Below are positions 25,814 to 39,060 of a stretch of 64,000 nt of DNA, piece after piece. Below the pieces are notes generated by a model. That model ran no database searches. It was not told the origin of the DNA and worked only from the letters and a program-made list of their open reading frames with translations. A program made the translations under genes and the position numbers. The stretch's first letter is position 1. Each line of letters opens with the position of its first letter. Source of the stretch: Chiloscyllium plagiosum (Eukaryota); the NCBI RefSeq assembly GCF_004010195.1, contig NC_057719.1:33520767-33584766 (forward strand), in the 5' to 3' direction.

Positions 25814-26931
25814 CTGCAACATAAAAATATTTCAGGCTATATCACAGGGCAATAGATTACACCTCAAATGATTCACCTCATCCACAACAACGGTGAAAAA
25901 GGAGATATCTGATTGAGTTTATACAGGAAATAATGAACAAGAATAAGGATACTCAAAACCATGTATTAAACTATCCCATAGAAAGAGGTAATAGCACAGG
26001 CTTAAGATTGCACTATCAAATGACAAAAAATTAGACTCAAGCAAACAGCAGCTTGGCAGCATCATGGATAGATTATCGGGTTGCAATTTAGGAACTGGGT
26101 CAAAAGGTTTGCATTGATACTTGACATGAATCTCCATTGTGTGTGTGAGAATGTATCATGGAAATGAGAGTGTGCATGAGAAAACTAGAAAGAAAGTGTG
26201 GGAGTGATTATGAAGCATCCTAGGGAGCTCTACGTAATTTTAAGACTAACTTTAATATCAATGCCCTGTACAAAGGTTTCTATTATCTTGAAAACAGATT
26301 AGGTGCATGGGACAATCCATAGAATGTTGAGAAGGATGGTCAAAGCTCATGAGTTAAGTTTTGAATCGCATATCAACTATAAAAATTATTTTCTGAAAAT
26401 AAAACATCAGATTCCAAAAGATTTCCATAAAGTAAACAATTCAATTTTGTCTATGTAAAGGTTATGGCACTGTTCTTTCTGATCTGTTTAAATTTAAGAC
26501 TGGTATAAAAATAACTCATGTTAATTTAGCTTAAATATAAACCAGTTTCTTGTATTGCAATTGAGCATATAACTACCTGTAATTTGGTAAAAAATCAAAT
26601 GCTTGTGACTTGAAAGAATAGTTACAAACAGGCTTTCTGGTATTTTTAGCATTTAAAGAAAGGATAAATATTTGTTTTCATAACAGCCAAAGCAAATAAA
26701 CACAGACATGTAGAAAGAAATGATAATTTAATTTAAGAGATGTAACAGACATTGGATTACTTGGAGAGAAAAACACACACAGTTCACTTTACACAGTCCT
26801 TATGATGCTGGTTGAAAATGTTATGGATCTGTAGAATCCCCTCCTTGTTGATGGAGTACAAATTGAGAAAGGAAGTTCCTGCCCTTTGTAATCGGTGGCA
26901 ATATGCCATATCGCCATTTCAAATAATGTTA

Positions 26932-28953
26932 TGGAGTCAGAGAAATGTACAGCATAGAAACAGACCCTTCAGTCCAACCCGTCCATGCCGACCAGATATA
27001 CCAACCCAATAGAGTCCCACGTGCCAGCACCCGGCCCATATCCCTCCAAACCCTTCCTATTCATATACCCATTCAAATGGCTCTTAAATGTTGCAATTGT
27101 ACCCGCCTCCACCACATCCTCTGGCAGCTCATTCCATACACATACCACCCTCTGCGTGAAAAAGTTGCCCCTTGGGTCTCTTATGTCTTTCCCCACTCAC
27201 CCTAAATCTATGCCCTCTAGTTCTGGACTCCCTGACCCCAGGGAAAAGACTTGGTCTATTTATCCTGTCCATGCCCCTCATAATTTTGTAAACCTCTATA
27301 AGGTCACCCCTCAGCCTCTGATGCTCCAGGGAAAACATCCCCAGCCTGTTCAGAATCTCCCTGCAGTTCAGATCCTCCAACCCTGGCAACATCCTTGTAA
27401 ATCTTTTCTGAACCCTTTCAAGATTCACAACATCTTTTCAATAGGAAGGAGACCAGAATTGCACGCAATATTCCAANNNNNNNNNNNNNNNNNNNNNNNN
27501 NNNNNNNNNNNNNNNNNNNNNNNNNNNNNNNNNNNNNNNNNNNNNNNNNNNNNNNNNNNNNNNNNNNNNNNNNNNNNNNNNNNNNNNNNNNNNNNNNNNN
27601 NNNNNNNNNNNNNNNNNNNNNNNNNNNNNNNNNNNNNNNNNNNNNNNNNNNNNNNNNNNNNNNNNNNNNNNNNNNNNNNNNNNNNNNNNNNNNNNNNNNN
27701 NNNNNNNNNNNNNNNNNNNNNNNNNNNNNNNNCCTCCTGTACTCAATACTCTGACCAATAAAGGAAAGCATACCAAACGTCTTCTTCACTATCCTATCTA
27801 CCTGCGACTCCACTTTCAAGGAGCTCTGAACCTGCACTCCAAGGCCTCTTTGTTCAGCAACACTCCCTAGGACCTTACCATTAAGTGTATAAGTCCTGCT
27901 AAGATTTTCTTTCCCAAAGTGCAGCACCTCGCATTTATCTGAATCAAACTCCATCTGCCACTTCTCATCCCATTGGCCCATCTGGTCAAGACCCTGTTGT
28001 AATCTGAGGTAACCCTCTTCGCTGTCCACTACACCTCCAATTTTGGTGTCATCTGCAAACTTACTAACTGTACCTCTTATACTCGCATCCAAATCATTTA
28101 TGTAAATGAAAAAAGTAGAGGGCCCAGCACCAATCCTTGCGGCACTCCGCTGGTCACAGGCCTCCAGTCTGAAAAACACCCCCCCACACCACCCTCTGTC
28201 TTCTACCTTTGAGCCAGTTCTGTATCCAAATGGGTTCTCCCTGTATTCCATGAGATCTAACCTTGCTAATCAGTCTCCCATGGGGAACCAAGTCGAACGC
28301 CTTATTGAAGTCCATATAGATCACATCTACTGCTCTGCCCTCATCAATCTTCTTTGTTACTTTTGCAAAAAACTCAATCAAGTTTGTGAGACATGATTTC
28401 CCACGCACAAAGCCATGTTGACTATCCCGAATCAGTCCTTGCCTTTCCAAATACATGCACATCCTGTCCCTCAGGATTCCCTCCAATAACTTGCCTACCA
28501 CCAAGGTCAGGCTCATCGGTCTCTAGTTCCCTGGCTTGTCTTTACTGCCCTTCTTAAACAGTGGCACCACATTAGTCAACCTCCAGTCTTCCGGTACCTC
28601 ACCTGTGACTATCGATGATAAAAATATCTCAGCAAGAGGCCCAGCAATCACTGCTCTAGATTCCCACAGAGTTCTCAGGTCCCTGATCAGGTCCTGGGGA
28701 TTTATCCACCTTTAACCGTTTCAAGACATCCAGCACGTCCTCCTCTGTAATCTGGACATTTTGCAAGATGTCACCATCTATTTTCCTACAGTCTATATCT
28801 TCGATACCTTTTTCCACAGTAAATTTTGATGCAAAATATTCATTTAGTATCTCCTCCATTTTCTTTGGCTCCACACAAAGGCCACCTTGCTGATCTTTGA
28901 GGGGCCCTATTCTCTCCCTAGTTACCCTTTTGTCCTTAATATATTTGTAAAAT
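26932..28953 (-). mobile_element. Young CR1 LINE (HER1-like), 5'-truncated, frameshifted RT
   Basis: DSQHGFVRGKSCLTNLIEFF, AVDVIYMDFNKAFD, YINDLD..KFADDTK in minus ORFs; 3' tail at 26932. Confidence 0.96.
27477..27732. other. Assembly gap (256 N)
   Basis: Run of n inside the CR1 copy. Confidence 0.99.
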
Positions 28954-29537
28954 ACCCATTTTGAATAAACTTTGCAGACACAACATGACTGAAATAGTAT
29001 TTGGCACTTCCTGGTGCAGCACAAACTAGAATACTCTCAGATTTAATCCCTGATTTTGTTTAATTAGATAATCTCAGATATGACAGCATTGAAAGACAAA
29101 GAAGAGACTCAATGACAGTCGTCTATTTTGTAAGATGGTAGTTGATATTATGGTGAGCAACTCTGTTTAAACATCACCCAAGGTCAGGAACCTCACTCTG
29201 GTATAGCAGTCTCTGCTGCATTTGCTGTCCTCTGTTTTCACTGGATAGATCAGAGAGGAAGCATCTTGAAAACAGGTGAGCCAAAATGAAAAACCAGTCA
29301 ACCTCCAAAGGACACAGATGTCAGATATCATCTCCCAGTTGTCATAGTCAATACCTGTCATCTTCATGTCTTGGTCAGAAGTGTCCTTTTAATGGAGGAA
29401 TGGACATCCAACAGGCCCCCACTCTGTGGCTAGTAGGTTCACTACAAAGAATATCTTTGGGTACATGGCCATCCTTCATCAGATGAATACTACCAAGCCA
29501 GAGCTGATGCTGTTGGCTCAGCAATGAGTGTATCATG

Positions 29538-29748
29538 AGTCGCGAGTGTGGTGCTGGAAAAGCACAGCAGGTCAGACAGCATCCAAGGAACAGGAAAATC
29601 AATGTTTCGGGCAGAAGCCCTTCATGATGAAGGACTTTTGCCGGAAACGTCGATTTTCCTGCTACCGGATGCTGCCTGATCTGCTGTGCTTTTCTAGCAC
29701 CACACTCTCGACTCTCATCTTCAGCATCTGCAGTCCTTGCTTTTGCCT
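29538..29748. mobile_element. Fold-back Penelope-like insertion (family 1)
   Basis: ~85 bp inverted arms joined at cttcat|gatgaagg; 15 bp duplication aatgagtgtatcatg at 29523-29537 and 29749-29763. Confidence 0.9.
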
Positions 29749-30960
29749 AATGAGTGTATCATGCTCTTTGTCAGACAGTCATTTAAAATCATGATGTAAC
29801 AATGGGAGAATAGTAAGGGAAATGGGGATACAAGGCAGTTGTATTAAAAAAGTAAATATTATAGATTGCTTCTGTTGTTAGGTGAGGCAATATAGGGAGT
29901 AGAAAATGAAGGTAAAATTTCAGAAATTCTGTATGAATCTATGACTCTATAAATTCAGAGTATTGTTAATATGTGGAAACTGATTCATCAACTGTTGTAT
30001 AAGCAAGATCCTTAATTATTTTCAAAGAGATTTAGTTATTTGAAAGAATTAGAACTATTAAAAAGGATGGCGGTGAATGGGATACTTTCAAGTCGAGGCA
30101 CCTCATACAGAGTACTGAGACAGTACTATTTCTGTGTTGAAATATTCAATAATCCTACAATGTGCTACTCCACAGGCACTTGATGCAAATCATCTGCTAG
30201 CAAATGAATTCAATTTTAATGTGTAACGTCCTAATACTAGTAAATGCAGAGTAGTTTTGGTATTTTTCTATAGTCAAACAATAAAAGAAGCAATATCTGA
30301 CAGGGTAAAAGGAGAGAGCTGCAAGTTTCTAGTATCCCAACCTTGAAAAAAGACACATGATTCTTTAAAATGAGCCTGAATTATTCCTGTTACTCTTAGA
30401 TTCTGTCTGACTTGTTAGCTGGAAAGTCACTTATTGTGTTTTGATGACTTGGTATCAAGGTGCATAGTCATTCCAACTTTGGTATATCCAAACTTACAAA
30501 GGGCATGTTTGCACATAGCCATGACAGTTTTACAGATTTAAATATCTGTAATTGATGACAATAAGTGGTGGCGGTTGATGGTACATTGGAAAGCTTTATG
30601 CTATTGGATATCAGATCTTATCAGTAATCAATCTGTAAAGATACATTTAAAATGACAGATGAGAAATCATAAAATGGGAATGCCTTTCGAAGCAGCTTCA
30701 AAACATTTGCTTGATGACCTCAATGCCCTACCATAGGGAGCTTGTCTTGGACCACTACTAGCAAATCAACTACAACTCTGGAAGCAGCCTGTCAGGTCAA
30801 GTTTAAATGTACATGCACCAGTAAGATCATATTCCACACAACCTTCACAATAGCAGGTGCATCCATTATTTTCAGTTGTGAGATGATCACTGTTTTTAAT
30901 GTAGTCTGTTATTTTGCTGACACTCAAAGGAAGGCTTCAATATCAGGTGCCAGTACTTAC

Positions 30961-31022
30961 CATCAGACCTAGTTCTATTGTTAAACATTGCTCTTTCTTC
31001 AGAGTAACAAGCATTTAACAAC
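30961..31022 (-). CDS. Candidate short exon, unrecognised product
   Basis: Strong donor gatg|gtaagt; open frame LLNACYSEERAMFNNRTRSD ending in phase 1, compatible with 25750-25813; acceptor uncertain. Confidence 0.15.
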
Positions 31023-33397
31023 CTACTTTACACTATAAATTAAGATGAAACAAAATGTGTTGACTGGATATCAATCCTGAATATTTAAGGTGGGGAAAGG
31101 AATTTTTTTTTAAAATTACTTCTTTCATACTTGAACTCATCCATAAATAATGGTTTATCTTTAAAAACCAAAAACTTAATTTATAACAAATAAATCAGGC
31201 CCTTTTTAAATTTTATTGTTTTGAAAATAACAAGCACGCTGCAATACTTGCTCAGTTACATCATTCTTTGTGGCTGAGCCACTTAAATGGACACAATTGT
31301 GGAAAAGCAATTCAAATGAGTGCTATACAAGTTGCACATTAACTTCTAGTTCAGGATGATCCAGATTGCTTCGACTGAGTGCATCTTAGAAACCAATTTA
31401 AATGACTGACTTTCTTTTATGGCTTTTGTTAATCTCAGCCTCAACATGGAGAATGAGTGCATTCTGAATGGACTTATTTTCTGTTAATCATCCAGGAAGT
31501 TGCTTTTTTTTTCCACAAAGTAGGACACTTGGTTTAGGATTCAATTTAATATTGGTGGCTATAATCTGCTTAAGTGCATTTCAATTATTGTTTCAGGTCT
31601 TCAAATGAAAACAACATTGCCAACATTTCAGTGGATTTATACATAAGCTCAAAATTGCCAGAAAAGTTTGCTATAAAATCCTCAGCTCTTGCAGCTGTTA
31701 AGACTAGCTGCAGCATATGATGAAACCGCTGAAGTGGCTGTTTAAGCTCTGATTTTAATATGACTTTGTAAAAAGCCATCATGGATAGCCAGTGAAAGAT
31801 ACAGGCCTCACTAATAGCAGGCTGAAATCTAGTGTATCCATGCCTGAAGCTAAAAAGAATGATGTCAATATTTCCTGCTTAGAATGGGCACAGACCTCAA
31901 AACCCAGACCAGCTTGCATACAACACACAGTCCATTTGGCCCAACCAGCCTATGCTGGTGTTTATATTCCTCCTGAGATTCCTTCCATCATTTATCATCT
32001 AAACATATAATTTTAGCCGTCTTGTTCATTTCATTTATCTAGCTTTTCCTTTATTGCATCTGTGCTATTTGCTGTGACCTCACCCTACAGTAGCAAGTTC
32101 CACATGCTCACCATCTTTGGTGAAAAATGTTCCCCCTGAATTCCCTATTGAATTTTCTTGTGACTATCTTATATTGATAGCCTCCAATTATGCTCTTCCT
32201 CACAAGATGAACCATTCTCTCTGTATCCAATACATTAGCCCATAAGATCATGCTTTTTTTCCATGTCTTCCTGGTATATACCACGCAAGTCATGCAGGAG
32301 CAGATGTCCTAGGAGGGATGGGAGGCCCATGGTATCTTTGCTTCTTTTTTCTGCTCTTCCTCAGCCCAAATAACCTTCAAAATACAGTACAAATACATAC
32401 TTACCTAGGGGATCTTCTGTTCTACACCACATACTAATCATCCATCACCATTGTTCTTCCTAACCAAACAGCAGCTGTTTGTAATTTATGTCTTGATTAT
32501 AAAATCCTCATTTTTTATGTTCAGGTTCATTCGAACGTCTCACTCAATCTCATCACTGTGACCACCTACCCTCTTTTAGGTGACATGGCTCTTTGTTTCC
32601 TCATTAAATGGCTAAGCTCTTTGCTGCTTCAGACCTACTTTTTCAAATTTCCACCCTGTAAACCATCTGCTTTGTAGCTTCTTCCAATTATTCCTGCTCT
32701 GCCTATGGGTCAGTGTCCATTTCTTCATTATGTTTTCTTCCCGCTCCCTGGTAACAAAAGAAAAGGATGTTTTCGATATGAAATGTGCTTGGTAAGTGCA
32801 GATTGTTGCTGCTATTGCTACTATCCAAATCTGAGTTCTGTGGTTCACTTGCATTTTAACATTTTTGGAAATTGTGTCTCCAAAATTGGATACTGTACAT
32901 CAAATGAAGAAAGAGTGAAAAGGGAAAAGTAGGGGACAATGAAAGCAAATTTGTGCAAAAGAAATAGTTCATAATTTTGTCTTGCTGCAGAATTTAAAAT
33001 CTTGTCAGAATCTCTCTGCATATTGGTCATTTTCACATGGTTGTTCAACATGGATCAAAACTGGAAAAATACAGCATTGAATTCTGTGATTACACCATGC
33101 CTGCTGTAACTCAAGAATGATTTCATTTCCTGCACGCAGTGGTCCAGCTCCCATTCTTCAGAACCCAGATAGATACTTCATATACTCCAATTGTGGAGTG
33201 TCTTCAGAATGCTTTACATACCCATTGTAAACTTAGGAAAAAGCACAACTAAATTTACTTCGCAATGTTGGCTGATTTGTCACATCCTGTCCCATTAGTG
33301 ACCCATGGAAATATTGGAATCTGTTAGATTCCAGATTTGCCAGTAGTTTCAAAAGCCTCTGCCCTTCTTAAATAAGGAATAAATTGCTTTTTTAAAA

Positions 33398-33740
33398 AAT
33401 TCATTCACTGGATGTGGGCATTACTGGCTATGCCAGCATTTATTGCTCATCAGTAATTATGAAGAGGATAGTTAGGAATCAACCACATTGATGTGCATGT
33501 GGGATACATATAGGCCAGGCTAGGTAAGGAAGACAATTTTTTCCCAAAAGGACATTAGTGAACTAAATGGGATTTACCCCAACAATTGACAATGATTTAA
33601 TAAATCACCATTAGACTCTTAATTTCAGATATTTATTGAATTTAAATTCCAAAATCGCAAGAATTGAATCCAGGTGCCAAAACATTGCCTGGGCCTCTGG
33701 ATTAATAGTCCAGCCATAATATCATGAGGTCATTGCCTTC
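33398..33740 (-). mobile_element. tRNA-derived SINE, second family (SacSINE1-like), near full length
   Basis: Minus head ggaaggcaatgacctcatgatattatggctggactattaatccagagg...ggattcaattc; tail gcaataaatgctggc...cccacatcc shared with the LINE tails at 9535 and 37628; family name from recall. Confidence 0.65.
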
Positions 33741-34944
33741 CCTGGAGCAGGGACTCAGTAAAAAGGAGAAGAAATAGGGAGAGATAGGTCCAATTTGAGA
33801 GAGGTTGGAAAGGAATGTACAAATTGTTTTGCTATATCACTACTCTCCCCATCTTACAGCCATTGGTAAGAAGTAGACAAAAGGACTGAAGTTTCCCAGA
33901 ATCTACAACACATGTCAGAACCGTACGTGGGTCCCAAGCCTGTCCTTGTCACCAGATGATGTAGTTTTACCTGAGGCAGGATCCTAATTTCTCACACACA
34001 CATTTTCTGTCAACTAGGGAGAATGGCTGGTCTTCCAGGAGTGAACAACTGGCAATCTCACTGCGTGGGAGAGGTGGGCACAGATGATGCAGAAGGGAGA
34101 ATGTGAAGTCTCCTCAATGCAGAAATAATCTCAGAAAACAGCTAAAAATTTTAAAGTGAAGAAAAGTTACAGATGTTAGAAGTGAAGGGGGGAAAATACC
34201 ACCACAGGAATGGTTTTGAGGATGATTGTGATCTTTACATAGTTGTGGCTCATTCACTGAATCAGCAAGGGGTGGCACGGATAGCCTTCTGGCTAGCTCC
34301 AGAGTCAGTGGCTTTGGAGCCAACACCAGCGAAACAGTAATAGGTTCAGGAAATGTGTCCTAAGTGGGTCCTTAAATTGCTTCCCACTGAAATGCAGTAA
34401 GCTGCCCATTCCTATGAAAGTTTTTACTTGGAAACACTTGAGAATGGGAGAGGATAGAGGAGCCATCCAAACATGAAACTGTCCAAATTTCCCTGCTGAC
34501 ATTCACAACTTCAATTATGTAGCTTGCATACCGAGTATCATAACATTCGTAACTCTTAGCTTACTAAAAATGAGCAACCATCGTGTGATATCAAACCTAA
34601 TCTCACCACCCTACACCAGCCTCTTCAGCTTCTATACAATAAAGATTACAAACAATGCACAGAAATTCGAGTGACATTAGTTATGTTGATCCAGTGGGAA
34701 TAATGATAGACAAATGCTTGATTAGGTAAATGAGCAGAAGTAAAACCCAGTGAAAATTTATCCTGGTTAGTGCTAAGTTCAGGTTCTCAGCACTTTTTTT
34801 TAAATCATTGGCTTATCGACTTCTGATCGGGGGTGGGAGGGGGCGGGGTAGAGATGGTGATGATGAAATTATGATGTTAGTTGTAAATTTGAGTAAGCAA
34901 TTACATACTGGCTTTTATTTTGAAGAATTTTAAAAATATTTTAC

Positions 34945-36025
34945 AGAATTGATTTGATTGGTCGAAGGTAGAAGAGATAGGATGGTGGTGGAGGGTTGCT
35001 TTTCGGTTTGGAGGCCTAGGACCAGTGGATGTGCCAGAAGGATCAGTGCTGGGTTCACTGCTTTTTGTAATTTATATAAATGATTTAGATGTGAACATGG
35101 GAGGTCTTGTTAGTAAGTTTGCAGATGATACCAAAATTGGAGGTGTAGTGGACTGCAAAGAAGTTCACCTCAAAAGTAAAACAGGATCTTGATCAGATGG
35201 GCCAATGGGCCAAGGAGTAATGGGTGAAGTTTAATTTAGATAAATGTGCATTTTGGAAAGACAAATCAAGGCAGGACTTATACACTTAATGAAGAAGTCC
35301 TGGGGAGTGTTGCTCAACAAAGAGACCTTGGACTTCAGGCTCAGTTTCTTGAAAGTGGATTTGCAGGTAGATAGGATAGAGAAGATGGCCTTTGATATGC
35401 TTGCCTTTATTGGCCAGCACATTGAGTATGTGAGTTGGGAGGTCATGTTGCAGCTGGACAGGACATTGGTTCGGCCAATATAGGAATATTGCATGCAATT
35501 CTGGTCTCCCTACAATAGGAAGGATATTGGGAAACATGAAAGGGTTTAGAAAAGGTTTATAAGGATGTTGCCAGAGTTGGAGGGGCTCAGGTATCAGGAG
35601 AGACTGAATGGACTGGGGCTAATTTCCCTGGAATGTCAGAGGCTGAGGGGTGACCTTATTGAGGTTTATAAAATCATGAGGGGCATGATTAGGGTAAATA
35701 GAGGTCTTTTTCCAGGGGTGGGTGAATCCAGAACTATCGGGCATGAGTTTAAGGTGAAAGGGAAAGACTTAAAAAGGGACTGAAGGGGAAACTCTTTCAC
35801 GCAGATGGTGGTGCATGAATTGAATGAGCTGCCAGAGGAAGTGGTGGAGGCAGGTACATTTACAACATTTAAAAGACATATGGATGGGCATAAGAATAGG
35901 AAGGGTTTAGAGGGAAGTGGGTCAAATGCTGACAAATGGGACTAGATTTATTTAGGATATCTGGTCTGTATGGACAAGTTGGACTGAAGGGTCTGTTTCT
36001 GTGCTGTATATCTCTATGACTCTAT
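34945..36025 (+). mobile_element. CR1 LINE 3' portion
   Basis: [10 protein letters not shown] at ~35115, LRGDLIEVYKIMRG; tail ctctatgactctatg. Confidence 0.94.
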
Positions 36026-36204
36026 GGACTTGGTAATAGATCTAGGCAAAGTGACACTCTACATGGTAAATTCCTGTCTCCCATACCATCCTTAGACCAA
36101 GTGGGACAAGCAACATTCTGAAGTTACAATGAGTGAAATCATGTTGGATAGCACATCCTCATCATGCGCTGGGACTCACTAACTTGTTTCAATTATTAAT
36201 ACCT

Positions 36205-36522
36205 AGTGTCATAGAATTTGAAAAGTGTGGAAACGACCATTAGGCCCAACAAATCCACACTGACGCTCTGAAGAGTATCCCACCCAGATCATTCCCCTAC
36301 CCTATTGCTCTACATTTCCCATGCTTAATGTACCTGACCTGCAGGTCACTGAACACTATGGGCAATTTACCATGACCAATTCATCTAACCTGCACATCTT
36401 TTGACTTTGGGAGGAAACTACAGCACCCAGAGGAAACCCACACAAAAAAGTCACCCAAGGCTGGTATCAAACCTGGGTCCCTGGCACTGTGAGGTAGCAG
36501 TGCTAACCACTAAGCCACCATG
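36205..36522 (-). mobile_element. HE1-like SINE
   Basis: Head ctgtgaggtagcagtgctaaccactaagccacc and body similar to 24880-25184. Confidence 0.9.
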
Positions 36523-37266
36523 CTATCTCATCATTTGACAGAAAATGCCAGAGGTGTCTTAGAACAACAGAGTGAAACAGCCGATAGAACTTGTGCCACC
36601 TTAGTTCAAAAACTGAGTAAATAGTGGGGCAGTAAATTCAAACTACACAAGCTAATTTTTAATTACCTAAGGATCTCTCTGTACTCTAGAACTTTAATCA
36701 ACCAAAATGTATTTCTCACTGTGAAGATCAAGTCATGAAAACCACTTGGACTGGCTGCTAAGGGGCTACTGCTGATCAACTGTCCGCACCAATTTCTTCC
36801 CCTCCCATTTGTATCAGGTGATATGCTCCAGTTAGTTCAACTCAGAGAAGGAGCTGAAAAATGTCGGAGTGAAATTGCTTCCACCTTCTGAGTGTCCCCA
36901 TACATTTGTGCTCTGGTGCACAGCAATGCACACTCCCCACTGTTTTGTTTTTGTCAGAACAATGAAAGCAGTGGCAACATATCAAGAAACAAAAAAAAAC
37001 TCTCAAAATAAAGCACAAATGAATAGTAGGAAGTGCTGCTGTTCAGAGGTTGAATGAACACCATGCACTCGAGTAAGTGGTGATCTCATGTAAGCATTAC
37101 CCCTAACTAATCCCAGGTTTGCCATAACTCTTGCACTGGTTTTCAGAGCAGGGTTGGTGTGAACAGCTTAGTGAGTCTTTGTCACAATTTGGTTTTCTCA
37201 TTTAAATGTCAGAATATTGGTAGATAGCTTAGGACAGGTTTTCATTACTGAATGTCTGGATCATGG

Positions 37267-37431
37267 TTAAAGACAGAAAAACTGTAGGGGTTGGAAACCA
37301 AGGTAGACAGACACGAAGCTGGAATAGCACAACAAGCCAGGCAGCATCAGGAGGTGTCTACGTTTCAGGTGTAACCCAAGAAGGATTACAACCGAAATGT
37401 TGACTTCTCCATCTCCTGATGCTGCCTGGCT
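37267..37431. mobile_element. Fold-back Penelope-like insertion
   Basis: caagccaggcagcatcaggag inverted to ctcctgatgctgcctggcttg; duplication tgaatgtctgga(t/c)catgg at 37249-37266 and 37432-37449. Confidence 0.82.
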
Positions 37432-37627
37432 TGAATGTCTGGACCATGGCCAGCAACCAAAGTCATCATTATGCAGCAGAAATTCGGATGAGCAGCGTTA
37501 ATTGGAGTCACTTAGAAGGATGATGTGAAGATTCCAATGGAGCTGACTGTAGGAATTGTAATTTACCTGGCCTTTAGATCTCTTTTTAAAAGACAGTTTG
37601 AGATTGAAATTTGAGGATATTTTAAAA

Positions 37628-37855
37628 ATTCATTCAGGTGTGCATGGCACCTACTGGGCCAGCATTTGTTTCCAATTGCTCGTTTCCCTTCAGAAGATGG
37701 TGGCAAGCTGCTGTCTTGAATCACTGAAGTCCAGTTGGTATAGGAAGATCATTAGGAAGGGAGTTCCAGGATTTTGACCCAGTGACACTGAAGGCGATAT
37801 ATTTCCAAGTCGGGATGGTGAGTGGCTTGAAGAGGAACTTGCAGGTTGTGTCATA
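37628..37855 (-). mobile_element. LINE 3' end (family of 9535-9990)
   Basis: gggagttccaggattttgacccagtgac...ttccaagtcgggatggtg block. Confidence 0.72.
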
Positions 37856-38704
37856 TGTACCAGGGTCTGGAAAAAGGGTTTTCAACTCCAGTTGAATAAT
37901 CTGGGCCAATACCGACCATTCAAAAGACTCAGTGTATATTTCAACTCACTAAAAAAGTTAACACATTACTTATTGCCTAAATGAGGTCCCAAAGAAAACC
38001 ATCACTGGTTTTGCAAACAATATACAGGATTTGTTTTTTTATAAAAAAGCAAGAAAATTTTACTGACATCTTCACTGACATGCCTAAGAGAACTGAAACT
38101 AAATTTAAGTCAGAAATTGCATTATTTTTGCATTTAAAGATGTAATTCAGTGTAACAAGTTTGAAACATTCCTAATGTGTATATTTACTGATGTAGCAAT
38201 TTGATAGGAAAATAACTCTAAATTACCATAGTCACTAGAGGTTTAGACTTCCTACAAGATTGCAGACCGCAGCAAAATTGAATGAGTTCCAATACCATTT
38301 GGCACTAATTCAGTTCATTGAATCGGTGTGCCACACTGCCCTGACACTTAGATTGTATTTTCTTTATTTACCAGCCACCAATTTCTCCTTTATTCTTCTT
38401 TGGGTCCTGATGTATGTTGGGGTATTGTTTACACAGTTACAGACACATTGTGCAACTAGTTTTTATTTTTGTCTGTCAAGCAACATCAAACACAACCACA
38501 TCAGGAAGCTTGGATTTCCACCAGCAATATCAGTGTAGAGTGGAATAAACAAATCAGCACTAAGATTGGGTATTTTTAAATGTAAATTAGTTACCCCCAA
38601 ATCTTTAATGCTTTCCACAATATTTTGTGCTGATTCTGCACCACTGGACTAAACCCCTTGGTCAAAATTGAAAGGTTGAAGATTCCAGTCTCTGATCAGA
38701 TTTT

Positions 38705-39060
38705 GGGTGGCACGATGGCTCAGTGGATGCAAGTATACTCACTGAGCTGGACGGTTCAGTGGTAGCACTGCTGCCTCACAGCACCAAGAACCTGGGTTTG
38801 ATTCCAGCGTTGGGTGACTGTTTGTGTGGAATTTGCACATTCTCCCTGTGTCTGCATGGATTTCCTCCTGGTGCTCCAGTTTCCTCCCAAGGTCCAAAGA
38901 TGTGTTGGTCAGGTAAATTGGCCATGCTAAATTGCGCATAGTGTTAGGTGCAGTAGTCAGGGGTAAATATAGAGTAGGGGAATTGCTCTGGATGGGCTAC
39001 TCTTCAGAGGGTCGGTGTGGACTTGTTGGGCTGAAGGGCCTGTTTGCATACTGTAGGTCA
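38705..39060 (+). mobile_element. HE1-like SINE with partly duplicated head
   Basis: gggtggcacgatggctcagtgg head, body and CR1-like tail; extra ~35 nt at ~38727-38760. Confidence 0.92.

Noticed and set aside
26985..28251. Longest ORFs in the track (258 aa +, 277 aa -)
   Set aside because: Inflated by the 256-N gap; they are CR1 RT sense and antisense sequence
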